Positions 26,577-36,400 of a stretch of 57,265 bases of DNA are shown here, one piece after another. Source of the stretch: a virus (Duplodnaviria; Caudoviricetes); the IMG/VR virus record IMGVR_UViG_3300015189_000005, positions 1-57,265 of that record. The stretch is one strand, 5' to 3'. The notes beneath the pieces are model-generated. The model did not search any database and was not told where the DNA came from. It saw only the letters and a list, made by a program, of their open reading frames with translations. The position numbers and the translations under genes are program-made. Every line of letters begins with the position of its first letter. Position 1 is the first letter of the stretch.

Positions 26577-27107
26577 ATGCCTGGCAATTCTTCTTCGGGT
26601 TCAGGCTCGCTCAGTGGCCGCATCATCACCGATAAACGTCTGCAGGCCAATGTTACCGCGCTGAAGAAGCTGATGCCGAAGTTCATCCGGGACGCGGTGA
26701 ATGAGCACGCCTTCGCCATCGCGGACCGGGCGAAGCAGAACATCACACAGGGCCCCGGCGGCATCGCCTCATCGCCCGCGATCGATACAGGCCAGCTCCG
26801 CGCGTCGATCAAGGTGAATACCTACGCGAACGGTTTCGCGAAGACGGTTGGAAGTGATGTGAAGCATGCACCCTTCATCGAACTCGGTACCGGCCCGCGG
26901 GCGAAGTTCCCGCCGCTGGAACCAATCAAAGCGTGGTGCAGACGCCACCGGATACCGGAGTCTGCTGCATTTTTGATCGCTCGAAAAATCAAGGAACGCG
27001 GGACACCCGCGAAGCCGTTTCTGTTTCCGGCGTATGAAGCCGAGCGCGCCGGATTCGAAGCCCGCCTTCGTGCCGCCGCCGCGATGGTTGGCCGTCAGCT
27101 CGCCTGA
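26577..27107 (+). CDS. HK97 gp10-family tail component
   Basis: IDTGQLRASI, HAPFIELGT and AKPFLFPA. Confidence 0.85.
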   Translation: MPGNSSSGSGSLSGRIITDKRLQANVTALKKLMPKFIRDAVNEHAFAIADRAKQNITQGPGGIASSPAIDTGQLRASIKVNTYANGFAKTVGSDVKHAPFIELGTGPRAKFPPLEPIKAWCRRHRIPESAAFLIARKIKERGTPAKPFLFPAYEAERAGFEARLRAAAAMVGRQLA

Positions 27108-27118
27108 GTAATCAACAC

Positions 27119-27523
27119 ATGAAATCATGGGCCGTTCAGCAAGCCATAGTCACCGCGCTCAAAGCCAGTGTCGCGCTTGACGCACTGGTCACCGGGATCT
27201 TCGACGATGCACCCGCCGGTCAAACCTACCCATACGTCACCCTCGGGGAATCGACCGACATGCCGGATGATCTGCTGCGCGAGAAGGGCAACACGAGCAC
27301 GATCACGATACACGTCTGGGACCGCACGCCGAGCTACAGCCGGATCAAGCAGATCATGGACGCTGCCGACAGCGCGCTGCACAATGCTGCCCTGGTTGTG
27401 GCTGGCGTGCAGATCGTGAACGTCCGCCGCGAGATGGCCGAGACGATGAAGGATGCCGATGGCGAGACCCGCCGGGGCGTGATGCGGTACCGGATCGGGA
27501 CATTCGAGGGTGTGGGAGCGTGA
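27119..27523 (+). CDS. Tail terminator (DUF3168-like)
   Basis: QQAI..AL, IFDDAP...YPYVTLGE, TIHVW and GVMRYR. Confidence 0.85.
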   Translation: MKSWAVQQAIVTALKASVALDALVTGIFDDAPAGQTYPYVTLGESTDMPDDLLREKGNTSTITIHVWDRTPSYSRIKQIMDAADSALHNAALVVAGVQIVNVRREMAETMKDADGETRRGVMRYRIGTFEGVGA

Positions 27524-27813
27524 TCGTAATTGAAGACGGCGGAGGCCTGCATATCAACGGCACTGAGGTCCCACGCGTAGCGAGCTACACCATTACCCAT
27601 CGCGCCGGAGATCTACCTCGCGTCTCGATTGAGTGCATCGTACCTGACCACGATGGAACCGCCACTCGCAAAAATGTCGCGGCAACATTCGCGGCGGCCA
27701 ATGTCCATGTCGTATTTCTGGAGCCCCTCAAAGCTGAATCTATGGCGCAGGAGCTGCTCTCAGAACTCACCGCCGTCATCGCACGGCACACCGCGAGGGA
27801 AATAACCGAATGA
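27520..27813 (+). CDS. Hypothetical protein
   Basis: GTGA and ATGA coupling at its ends. Confidence 0.6.
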   Translation: MIVIEDGGGLHINGTEVPRVASYTITHRAGDLPRVSIECIVPDHDGTATRKNVAATFAAANVHVVFLEPLKAESMAQELLSELTAVIARHTAREITE

Positions 27814-27995
27814 TGAAAGGTTTCGTAATTCGAATTGAAATTCCGGCGCTTTCGGAGTTAGTCAACTTATTGCGCCAGCAAAATCGCGACCAGCAGCGAA
27901 TCGAAGAAGCTGCGGCAGCGGTAACCGAACTCACCTGTAAATTGCGCAGAGGCACCACAGAGCTGCGCGAGATCATCAACCAGGCAAAACAGTAA
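27810..27995 (+). CDS. Small coiled-coil protein
   Basis: GAGG SD; heptad pattern. Confidence 0.55.
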   Translation: MMKGFVIRIEIPALSELVNLLRQQNRDQQRIEEAAAAVTELTCKLRRGTTELREIINQAKQ

Positions 27996-28024
27996 GTCCC
28001 CAGAGAAGAGGAGAGCAAAACATT

Positions 28025-28288
28025 ATGGCTGATTTCGCAAGTTTGAATGCCGCACTCGCGGCGCTGACCGCGCAGGTGGAGGAAACGGAAGGAGTCGCCG
28101 AGTCGGCCGCCGCGCTCATTGCAGGCTTCGCCACCGCCGTACAGGATGCGGTTGCCGCCGCATTGACGGCGGATAACAGTGCCGACGATGCCACACTGGC
28201 CGCCGCCGCCGCTGCTATCTCGACGGTAGCGGAGCGCTTCGGTGCGTCCGCCGCTGCCCTCGGCGAAGCGGTGGTGACGAACAGCTAA
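28025..28288 (+). CDS. Ala-rich acidic helical protein
   Basis: Strong GAGGAG SD; amphipathic Ala-rich sequence. Confidence 0.75.
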   Translation: MADFASLNAALAALTAQVEETEGVAESAAALIAGFATAVQDAVAAALTADNSADDATLAAAAAAISTVAERFGASAAALGEAVVTNS

Positions 28289-28361
28289 CCCCTGCCCCGG
28301 TCATCATTCCTGGATACGGGATCGTGACCGGGGAACCACTTCGCGCTGAGGAAACGACTGA

Positions 28362-28688
28362 ATGATCCGACTCGACCAAACGGCACTGGATTACCTGATC
28401 GACGTCGCCAGGGACAGCGGCTTTGATGCGCAAGAGATTTACACCAGCGAGGCTGACGGACAGTTGCCGGAGGTGACCATCATCCTTCGCCAGCAAGGTG
28501 CTCCTGGCGTCGCCCGCCTAAAAATGCCCGACCTGTCTGGTTTGTCGCCGGAGTATCTGGACGAACTTCGGAAGGCTCTGGCCGAACTCAACCAGCGTGA
28601 ACCGACCGGCATCCTCGACCATCTCGCAGTTTACGCCAGTCAGCGAATCGCCCCTGACAAATTCCAGACGCTCGACCAAGGAGAATAA
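28362..28688 (+). CDS. Hypothetical protein
   Basis: GAGGA SD; fills the gap in the operon. Confidence 0.6.
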   Translation: MIRLDQTALDYLIDVARDSGFDAQEIYTSEADGQLPEVTIILRQQGAPGVARLKMPDLSGLSPEYLDELRKALAELNQREPTGILDHLAVYASQRIAPDKFQTLDQGE

Positions 28689-28716
28689 CCGTGAACCATT
28701 ACCTGAGGATGAAGCG

Positions 28717-29397
28717 ATGAACCAGCCTCTGATCTCCTGCATCATGCCCACCCGCAACCGGCGCGAGTTCGTGCCCGGGGCTCTGCGGTGCTGGGATGCG
28801 CAGACCTGGGCGAATAAAGAACTGGTCGTCATCGACACGAGCGATGAGCCGATTCAGGACCTGCTGCCACGCAATGACAAGCGCATCCGGTATGTCAGGA
28901 TCCAGCCCGCCACGGAGTTCAACACAGGGGCCGTGCGGAACATTGCCTGCGGTCTGGCGAACGGGGAATTCATCGCACACTTCGACGATGACGACTGGAG
29001 CCACCCTCACCGCCTCCGTGAGCAGTGGAAGTCGCTGGCGCAGTCCGGCCGGGGCGTGAGTGGCTACCGATCAATTCTGTTCGCGGATGAGGCTGAGCGC
29101 CGCGCCTGGTGCTTCCGTGGCGCCGAAGCAGCAAGCTCCGCCCTCGGTACCTCGCTGTTCTACGCGCGCCCGTTCTGGCGACATCATCCGTTCAGGCCCC
29201 TGCTCATGGGCGAGGATGGCGAGTTCGTCCGGACCGCAGTCGAGCACAACAGTCTGATCTCGGTGGACGGGTTCTACCGCTGCATCGCCCGGGTCCACGC
29301 CGGGAACACGAGCCCGAAGTTCACCGACGACGAGCAGTGGACCGAGATCCACGACGCGCGGGAAATGGACCGCATTATCAACACGCTGAACGAATAG
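28717..29397 (+). CDS. Glycosyltransferase family 2
   Basis: ISCIMPTRNR, ELVVID, GAVRN, GEFIAHFDDDDW and GED. Confidence 0.9.
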   Translation: MNQPLISCIMPTRNRREFVPGALRCWDAQTWANKELVVIDTSDEPIQDLLPRNDKRIRYVRIQPATEFNTGAVRNIACGLANGEFIAHFDDDDWSHPHRLREQWKSLAQSGRGVSGYRSILFADEAERRAWCFRGAEAASSALGTSLFYARPFWRHHPFRPLLMGEDGEFVRTAVEHNSLISVDGFYRCIARVHAGNTSPKFTDDEQWTEIHDAREMDRIINTLNE

Positions 29398-29407
29398 CAA
29401 ACACCCC

Positions 29408-29656
29408 ATGAAAGAACAACCTGTACTGCGGTGGCTGCTGTTCTGGCTCGCCGTGTATGTGATGCTGCACATCGGTATCTCGCTCTACGCGGGCAAGGCG
29501 GCCGATGCGCTTTCCACCACCAACAGCCTGATTTCCGGCTTCGCGGGTGCCGCGTTCACCATGATGCGCCTGACCGGCGAAAAGGGTTCCGGCCGCAACG
29601 ATGAAAACAGCAGTAACAGTAATTCAGCCGGCGATCCGCCGCCCGCTTCGAAGTAA
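29408..29656 (+). CDS. Small two-TM protein, holin candidate
   Basis: Two hydrophobic segments and a hydrophilic C-tail. Confidence 0.5.
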   Translation: MKEQPVLRWLLFWLAVYVMLHIGISLYAGKAADALSTTNSLISGFAGAAFTMMRLTGEKGSGRNDENSSNSNSAGDPPPASK

Positions 29657-30000
29657 TGGGAGTATCCCGGATGAATCCCTGTATACCTCACTGCGAAATG
29701 GACAGCAAGCTCGACGTAATACTCGCAAAGCTCGAACGGGTCGGCATCGAGCAGGCCCAGTTGCGGGACGCCGTAGACGGCATCAACGCCAGGCTGGACA
29801 CGCTAAACGGGAAGGTCTCACGGCACGAAGATCGGCTGAATGCGCAGGCCATCACCGAAGCTGAGCGCAAGGGCGCGGCCAGTGTAAATAACCGTTGGGA
29901 AGAGCGACTGAAGCCTGCGGTATGGGCTTTCATCGGGATCCTCGCGATGCTCATTCTCCAGAACAGCAGCGCAGTGCTGAAGGCCATTTCACCGAAGTAG
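29656..30000 (+). CDS. Coiled-coil protein with C-terminal TM helix (XhlA/holin-like)
   Basis: INARLDTLNGKVSRHE.RL coiled coil followed by AVWAFIGILAMLIL. Confidence 0.55.
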   Translation: MGVSRMNPCIPHCEMDSKLDVILAKLERVGIEQAQLRDAVDGINARLDTLNGKVSRHEDRLNAQAITEAERKGAASVNNRWEERLKPAVWAFIGILAMLILQNSSAVLKAISPK

Positions 30001-30049
30001 TTCGGCAGTTCAATCCCCTTCGAAAGCAACGAAAGCAACCCACAAACCT

Positions 30050-30499
30050 ATGCTCTGGCTGAACCTTGGCTGTTCCGACCGGCACGAATCCGGCTGGCTG
30101 AACGTGGACCTCTGCGAGCCCGCCGACGTCATCGCGGACCTCTCCGTGACGTGGCTCTGGAAGGATTCCGAGGTGGATGGAATCAAGGCGCACGACATCA
30201 TCGAGCACCTGCCGGACAAGATCCGGACGATGAATGAAGCGTGGCGCGTGCTGAAGCCCGGCGCGCATTTCGACATCGTTGTACCCACCACTGACGGGCC
30301 GGGCGCATGGCAGGATCCGACGCACGTTTCGTACTGGAATCGCAACTCGTTTCTGTACTACACAGACGGTGATCCGCACCGGGAGCGCTTCGGCAAGGCA
30401 TACGGAATCGAAGCCCGGTTCCGTGTCGTGAATGAGCGGCTGGACCGGATTCACGGCGTAGCGAAACTCTCCATCGTGCTCGCGGCGGTGAAGCCGTGA
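30050..30499 (+). CDS. Class I SAM-dependent methyltransferase (small-molecule/glycan type)
   Basis: LNLGC, WLNVD, HDIIEHL, EAWRVLKPG and DPTH. Confidence 0.88.
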   Translation: MLWLNLGCSDRHESGWLNVDLCEPADVIADLSVTWLWKDSEVDGIKAHDIIEHLPDKIRTMNEAWRVLKPGAHFDIVVPTTDGPGAWQDPTHVSYWNRNSFLYYTDGDPHRERFGKAYGIEARFRVVNERLDRIHGVAKLSIVLAAVKP

Positions 30500-31191
30500 A
30501 CTGGTCCGTTGTTACCCTGTCGCGCGATTGCCGAAACCTCAGCAGGTGCTTTGATTTCCTGACGGCGAACGAGCGAACCTTCGACCGGTCCAGGCTGATC
30601 GTGGTTGATGACGGCGCGCTCGACGACTACCACACGCGAGAGAAGCTGTCCGGCGTCACGCCTATCCGCGGAGTAAAGCCGTTCGTGTTCGCCCGCAACG
30701 CGAATCTGGGGCTGAAGTATGCGTTCGACCAGCAGAGCGCGGACGTTGTAATCCTGCTGAACGATGATGCGCTGTTGAAGACCCGGCGCGGCTTCAGCAA
30801 GCTCGCCGCCGTGCACCATGAGCGCCGGGATTCCTGCGGCATCATCGCCGCGACGAACAACCACTGCGGAAACACCCGGCAGTATCCGGCGCGGAACCCC
30901 ATGCCGCCCTACATCCGGGGTGAGGCTGAGATGCTGTGCTTCGTCTGCGTGTCGATCTCGCGCGAGGCCTGGCAGCGCGTCGGCCAGCTTGACGAACGGT
31001 TCGTCGGTTACGGCTACGACGATGACGACTATTCGCGCAGGGTGCTTGACGCGGGCCTGAAGCTCGGCATCTACGATCTCTGCTTCGTCGATCACCTGAC
31101 CCTGCATTCCACTTACCGGCACGCGGAGTACCCGACGGCCGGCATCGAGCAAAACAGAAAGCTGTACCAGGAGAAATACAGTGCAACTTAA
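30496..31191 (+). CDS. Glycosyltransferase family 2
   Basis: LIVVDDG, FARNANLGL, ILLNDD, VGQLDERF and DDDDYS. Confidence 0.9.
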   Translation: MNWSVVTLSRDCRNLSRCFDFLTANERTFDRSRLIVVDDGALDDYHTREKLSGVTPIRGVKPFVFARNANLGLKYAFDQQSADVVILLNDDALLKTRRGFSKLAAVHHERRDSCGIIAATNNHCGNTRQYPARNPMPPYIRGEAEMLCFVCVSISREAWQRVGQLDERFVGYGYDDDDYSRRVLDAGLKLGIYDLCFVDHLTLHSTYRHAEYPTAGIEQNRKLYQEKYSAT

Positions 31192-31384
31192 CCCATTGAT
31201 CATCGAGAAAATTCTGGAGCTTGCCGAGCTTTGCGGAGAGGATTTCCAGACCTACTCTTTTTCGGTCCAACGCTATGAGGACGGCATGAACTTCTCGGTT
31301 TCCTGTGCGGATGCCGGAGGCTCCACTGTCACACAGTCCGCATACCAGAAGGCTCAGCCGCCAGCGGAGAATCCACCGGCGTGA
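31181..31384 (+). CDS. Small hypothetical protein
   Basis: AGGAG SD; coupled on both sides. Confidence 0.55.
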   Translation: MQLNPLIIEKILELAELCGEDFQTYSFSVQRYEDGMNFSVSCADAGGSTVTQSAYQKAQPPAENPPA

Positions 31385-32121
31385 ACATCGTCGGCCTGCT
31401 GCGGGTGAAGAACGAAGCCCGCTGGATTGACCGCGTTCTGCGATCAATCACGGGGATATGCAGCTCCGTCGTTGTCTTCGATGACCACTCGACGGATAAC
31501 ACCAGATATCGCGCGGTCTCAGCCGGGCCGGACGTGATCGTCAAGCCATCGCCGTTCCCTGAAGGCGAGATCGACGAAGCCCGCGACAAAGACTGCTTGC
31601 TGCAGGCTGCGTTCCATCATGGCGTGCTCAGCGTTGGCGACTGGGCACTCATGATCGACGGCGACGAAGAATTGCACCAGGCTGACGGCGATCTGATCCG
31701 CTCCGCGGCAAGCTCCTTCGGCTCGCACAGCGTGTTCTCGCTCCAGGTCCTGTACCTCTGGAACGAGCCTGATCTGGTCCGCACTGATGGCGTCTACGGC
31801 ACGTTCGCGAGGCCTTCTCTGTTCCGTGTCCGGCGCGAGGATCACACGTTCCGGCGCACGGGCAACGGCGGCAACTTCCACTGCGGAAATATCCCGTCCG
31901 ATTATCTCTACGAACCGAAGGGCACGCTCAGTGCACGGTTGCTGCACTGGGGATACTTCGACGAAGAATTACGCCGTCGAAAATTCGAGTTCTATAACCG
32001 CATCGATCCCGACAACACTGTCGAAGATCGGTACCGACACATCACGCAGGGTGACCCCGGCGGCGCATCTGCGAAATCACGCCTCAAACATGCCGGACCG
32101 CTGAGACTCGCGCGGATCTGA
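31381..32121 (+). CDS. Glycosyltransferase family 2-like
   Basis: VKNEA.WI, VFDDHSTDNT, W.LMIDGDE and LLHWGY. Confidence 0.88.
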   Translation: MNIVGLLRVKNEARWIDRVLRSITGICSSVVVFDDHSTDNTRYRAVSAGPDVIVKPSPFPEGEIDEARDKDCLLQAAFHHGVLSVGDWALMIDGDEELHQADGDLIRSAASSFGSHSVFSLQVLYLWNEPDLVRTDGVYGTFARPSLFRVRREDHTFRRTGNGGNFHCGNIPSDYLYEPKGTLSARLLHWGYFDEELRRRKFEFYNRIDPDNTVEDRYRHITQGDPGGASAKSRLKHAGPLRLARI

Positions 32122-32172
32122 CAAGCAGTCGAGTCGGCACTTCCTACCCCCACAAATCAAGAGGTTTTAACC

Positions 32173-32613
32173 ATGTCCAAATATACGGGCCGAGGTGCGG
32201 AATTTCAGGTCCGCACGGTCGCATCTCCCGAAACCTGGGCCACGGTGGCTCAGGTCCGCCGCATCGGCGCCATCTCGCTCACTGCCGATGAAATCGAGGC
32301 CACCACGCTCGATACCGTTGGCAATTTCCGAACATACCTTCAGGGCTTTCGCGATGCCGGCGAACTCCCGCTGGAGGTCATCTGGGATCCCACGCTGGCA
32401 ACTCACGGATCGTCAGGGACGGGCCTGTATGCGCTTTTCCAGTCGGGTGAAACTCAGGCATTCCGCGTCAAGATTCCGGTATCGCCGACGTACTACCTCC
32501 GGATCGGCGGGTTCGTTCGCGATTTCGAATTGCCCGAGTTCAACGTCGACGATCCCATCGCCGTGACGGCCACTGTCCGGCTGTCGGATAACCCCACGCT
32601 CGGCACCAGCTAG
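32173..32613 (+). CDS. Major tail (tube) protein
   Basis: ADEIEATTLD....RTYLQGFRDAGE; ATVRLS..P; precedes the chaperones and tape measure gene. Confidence 0.88.
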   Translation: MSKYTGRGAEFQVRTVASPETWATVAQVRRIGAISLTADEIEATTLDTVGNFRTYLQGFRDAGELPLEVIWDPTLATHGSSGTGLYALFQSGETQAFRVKIPVSPTYYLRIGGFVRDFELPEFNVDDPIAVTATVRLSDNPTLGTS

Positions 32614-32646
32614 ACCTCCCTGATCCACGCAACTCATGGAGACCCG

Positions 32647-32683
32647 GCAGGGCTTCGATGACTCACGCACCTCGAAGCCCTGC
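32647..32683 (+). other. 12-bp stem hairpin after the tail tube gene (mRNA stabiliser or attenuator)
   Basis: GCAGGGCTTCGA / TCGAAGCCCTGC; no clear U tract. Confidence 0.65.
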
Positions 32684-32713
32684 TCGCGAACTATTCAGTA
32701 AATCAAGAGGATT

Positions 32714-33139
32714 ATGACGAAAGACATTCTCAATACCCCTGTACCCGTGGAGATGGACAAGCCGCGGGCCTTTCAGTTCAACATGAACGCGCAGATCGCC
32801 TTCGAGGATCGGTCCGGCATGACTATGCTTCCCGTGCTCGTGAATATGTCGCGGGGTGAGATTCCTCCGATGCGGGTATTGCTTCTGCTCACGTGGTCCG
32901 GCCTCATCCTGAACGATCCCGCACTCACTCCCGAGCAGCTCGGGACATGGCTGACCATGCGTCGGTTCAACCAGGTCGCCCCGGCCTTCCGTGCCGCGCT
33001 GGCGCAGTATCTGCCCGAGCTTGAGGCGACCGATGTTACAGACCCTCAGACGGCTCCGGCGAACAGCAGCGAGGCATCGACTGGGGCCGAATCTGGAAGC
33101 TCGGAGTTGTCGACCTCGGCATCGAATCCGGTCGGGTAG
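32714..33139 (+). CDS. Tail assembly chaperone (gpG-like)
   Basis: MDKPRAFQFNMNA...LTWSGL...DP.LT.EQLG.W; expected position. Confidence 0.8.
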   Translation: MTKDILNTPVPVEMDKPRAFQFNMNAQIAFEDRSGMTMLPVLVNMSRGEIPPMRVLLLLTWSGLILNDPALTPEQLGTWLTMRRFNQVAPAFRAALAQYLPELEATDVTDPQTAPANSSEASTGAESGSSELSTSASNPVG

Positions 33140-33423
33140 GGCTGCTGACCCTGCGCCAGTTCGTGATGCTCTCGCAGCGCATCAACGAGCGCAACCGGGA
33201 GCGCCTGTACGGCCCGGCGCTGATCTGCAGCGTGATCGCCAACACGCACCGCGATCCGAAGAAGAAGCGCACGCCGTTCACCCCGGATGACTTCCTTCCG
33301 TCATCCCGGAAGCGGCCTGAGATCAACGGTCCTGAGCAGAGCCCGGAAGCCATGCTGAAGATCGCCATGCTGCTCACCGGCACAACCGAACTCGCCGCAA
33401 TCCCGCCGCCTGCAGACCAGTAG
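33025..33423 (+). CDS. gpT-like segment, probably expressed as a G-T fusion by -1 frameshift
   Basis: The -1 frame is open from 33025: IDWGRIWKLGVVDLG...LTLRQF...ICSVIANTHRDPKK..PFTPDDF. Confidence 0.7.
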   Translation, partial: GDRCYRPSDGSGEQQRGIDWGRIWKLGVVDLGIESGRVGLLTLRQFVMLSQRINERNRERLYGPALICSVIANTHRDPKKKRTPFTPDDFLPSSRKRPEINGPEQSPEAMLKIAMLLTGTTELAAIPPPADQ

Positions 33424-33460
33424 TTTTCAACGCATCAATCGTTCAGTAAACAAAACCACA

Positions 33461-36400
33461 ATGGGCACTTTCACGGGCTCTCTCGGTACCCTCTGGGTCG
33501 AGATCGGCGCGCGCATCTCCGAGTTCGAGGCAGGTATGTCTCAGTTCTCGAAGACGCTCGATTCATCGATCTCTGACGCGGAATCCAAGTTCCGGGGACT
33601 CGACAAGTTCGGCGGGATCGCGACCAACATCGGCGTGAGCCTGACTGCCGCAATCACGGCTCCCATCATCGGCATCGGCGCCGTCGCGATCAAAGCATCC
33701 GGTGATTTCGATACCGCGATGCGCACCGTGTCCGCGCGCGGCGAGATCACAGGCAAGGACCTGCAAGGACTCAAACAGCAGGCCATCGACCTCGGCGCCG
33801 CTACGCAGTTCAGTTCGAAGCAGGCCGCTGACGGCATGGCGGAATTCGCGGGCGCGGGCTTCAACGCGAAACAAATCTTCGCTGCAATGCCGGGCACGCT
33901 GAACCTCGCAGCAGCTGCACAGACCAGCGTTGGCGAGGCCGCGAAGACGGTAAAGGATCTGCTGGGCCAATTCGGCCTGGCTGCGACGGACTCACAGCGC
34001 GCCGTCGACGTACTCGCGAAGTCCAGTAACGAATCCTCCGGCACGCTAGGCGAGATGGCGAACTCGCTCCGGTACGTCGGTCCGGTGGCGAAAGCTGCTG
34101 GTCTGGACATCGAGCAGACGAGCGCCGCGCTGATCGTGCTCGACAAAGCGGGTATCCGTGGCGAACAGGCCGGAACATCGTTCCGCGCCATGCTGGCGAG
34201 CCTGCAGGGGCCGTCAAAGGACGCGAAGAAATACATCGACGAACTCGGGATCGCAGTCACGGACGGCGGCGGAAAGATGCTGCCGTTCTCGGCGATCATC
34301 GAGCAGTTTAAGGTCTCGCTGTCGAAGATCCCGAACGAGGCGGACAAGGCGAAAGCACTGGTCGAGATCTTCGGGCGTGAATCCCTCGCGGCGGCCAACA
34401 TCCTGACCAGCCAGGGCTCGCCCGCCCTGCTGGAATTCGAAGACAAGTTGCGCAAGGCCGGCGGTACCGCCGAAGCGATGAAGAACATCGTCCAGGGAGG
34501 TATGGGCGGTGCTCTGGAGAAGATGAAGGGCTCGGTTGAAACCGCTGCTCAGTCTCTCGGCGACGTGCTCGCCCCGAGCGTGATCGCGGTGGCCGGATTC
34601 ATCGAAAGTGGCGCGAACAAGCTGAGCGAATTTGCTCAGTGGTTCACCACACTTCCCGGGCCGGTCCAGGGGACCGCGCTCGCCATCGTTGGATTCGCCG
34701 CCGCGCTGGGGCCTGCTCTGGTCATCGCGGGGCAACTGGCGTTCGCCATCACCAGCCTCGCCACCGTTGCGCCGCTGGTCGGATCCGCGTTCACCGCACT
34801 GTCCGGTGTGGTGGCCGGGGTCACGGCATCCATGGTGCTGTACACCGGTGGTGTCGCGGCGGCCGTCATCGCCATCGGCTACCTGGTCAATGCAATCTAC
34901 GAGCAGGAGAAGGCGTACAAGAATCTCGAAGCGGTCAACAAGACTCAGGCCAGCAGCCTGAAGAAGCTCGAAGATTCACTCCGCTCACAGGGCGGCGCGG
35001 TCGATGAGCTGAAAGACAAGCTGAAGCGCGGGCAGATCACCCAGGCCGAATACGAGAAGGGCCTGCGAGACATCGGCAAGGCCATAGGGGACGCGAAGAA
35101 AGCCTCTGGTCAGATCGTCACTGCGCAGACGAAGCAGACCGACACTCAGGACGAACTCACCAAGAAAATCAAGGCTGCCCAGGATGCGCTGAAGAAGAAC
35201 ACCGCCGAGCAAAAGGGCGCTATCGAGACTACCGGCGAACTCCATCGGAAGGATGCGATTCTCTGGGAAACTGCCAGGCAACTCGAAGCCCAGTATAAGA
35301 AAAACATCACCGAGCTGGTGAATTACAAGCTCGCGCATGAATCGATCCTGAGTCGCACTCCGCAGATGATTCAGGCCGGTGAGGACCTGAATAAAACGGT
35401 TGACGAGCAGGCCAGAAAACTGGTGATTGCTGGCGGCCAGTGGAGCAAGTGGGCTGCTGAATCAACTGCGGCGATGACCAAAGCCGTTGTGCCGCTGAAG
35501 GATCTTGAAGACGCCTACAAGCAACTCGGCATCAAGAGTGCGGAATCGCTCGACATGCAGGCGGAGCGGTCGAAACAAGCCTACGAGAAGATCAAGGCTT
35601 CCGGCACCGCAACGGCGCGCGATCTCGATCAGGCGTGGGTGGCATATGAGAAGGCTCGGATCGATGCGGCTATCGCAAACGGTGAGGAAATCCCGCGACG
35701 TCAACTCGACGCGCTGAAGAAGATGGAAGACCAGCTCGACCAGTCTTCCACAAAGCAGAAATCGGCCTGGGATGGTTTCGGAAAGCAGATCTCCACCGGC
35801 ATCACGAACCTCTCTCAGGATCTGGTAAAGACCCTTTTCGAGGATCCGAAATCCTTTGGCGAAATGGCCATCAAGGGGCTGAAGAACATCGGCCAGGCTG
35901 TTGCGCTGCATTTCGTGGAACCTGCGATGAAAGCGATATCCGAGTTCATCTCCGGCGCCATCACGGATCTGTTGTCAGGCCGGGGCCTCGGCGGCGTGCT
36001 TGACCGGCTGAGCAAGATCGGCGATGCGATCCTCGACATCTTCGGCGGCGCGAGCAGTGCGGCCGGTGGTGCTGCCGGGGCTGTAGGGGCTGCGGGTAGC
36101 GCTGCTGGATCCGCCGGAGGTGCGGCGGGATCTGCGGGTAGTGCAGCGGCCAGCGGTCTTGCGGGTATCGTGGGCGCGGTCGGCTCTGTGGTTACCGCGG
36201 TGTCCTCGATCATCGCGAACTTCCAGCTGGCGAAGCAGGAAACCACCCTCAACGCGATTGAAGAATCCACCCGGTACGTGAAGATCTGGACCGGCGAGCA
36301 GCCTCAGAGCCTGCTCTGGTGCGCACAGAAGTCAACCGAGTACATCGGGTACATCGTGGCCACTACGGACAGCATCGGGCGCAAGCTCGATGACTGGTTA

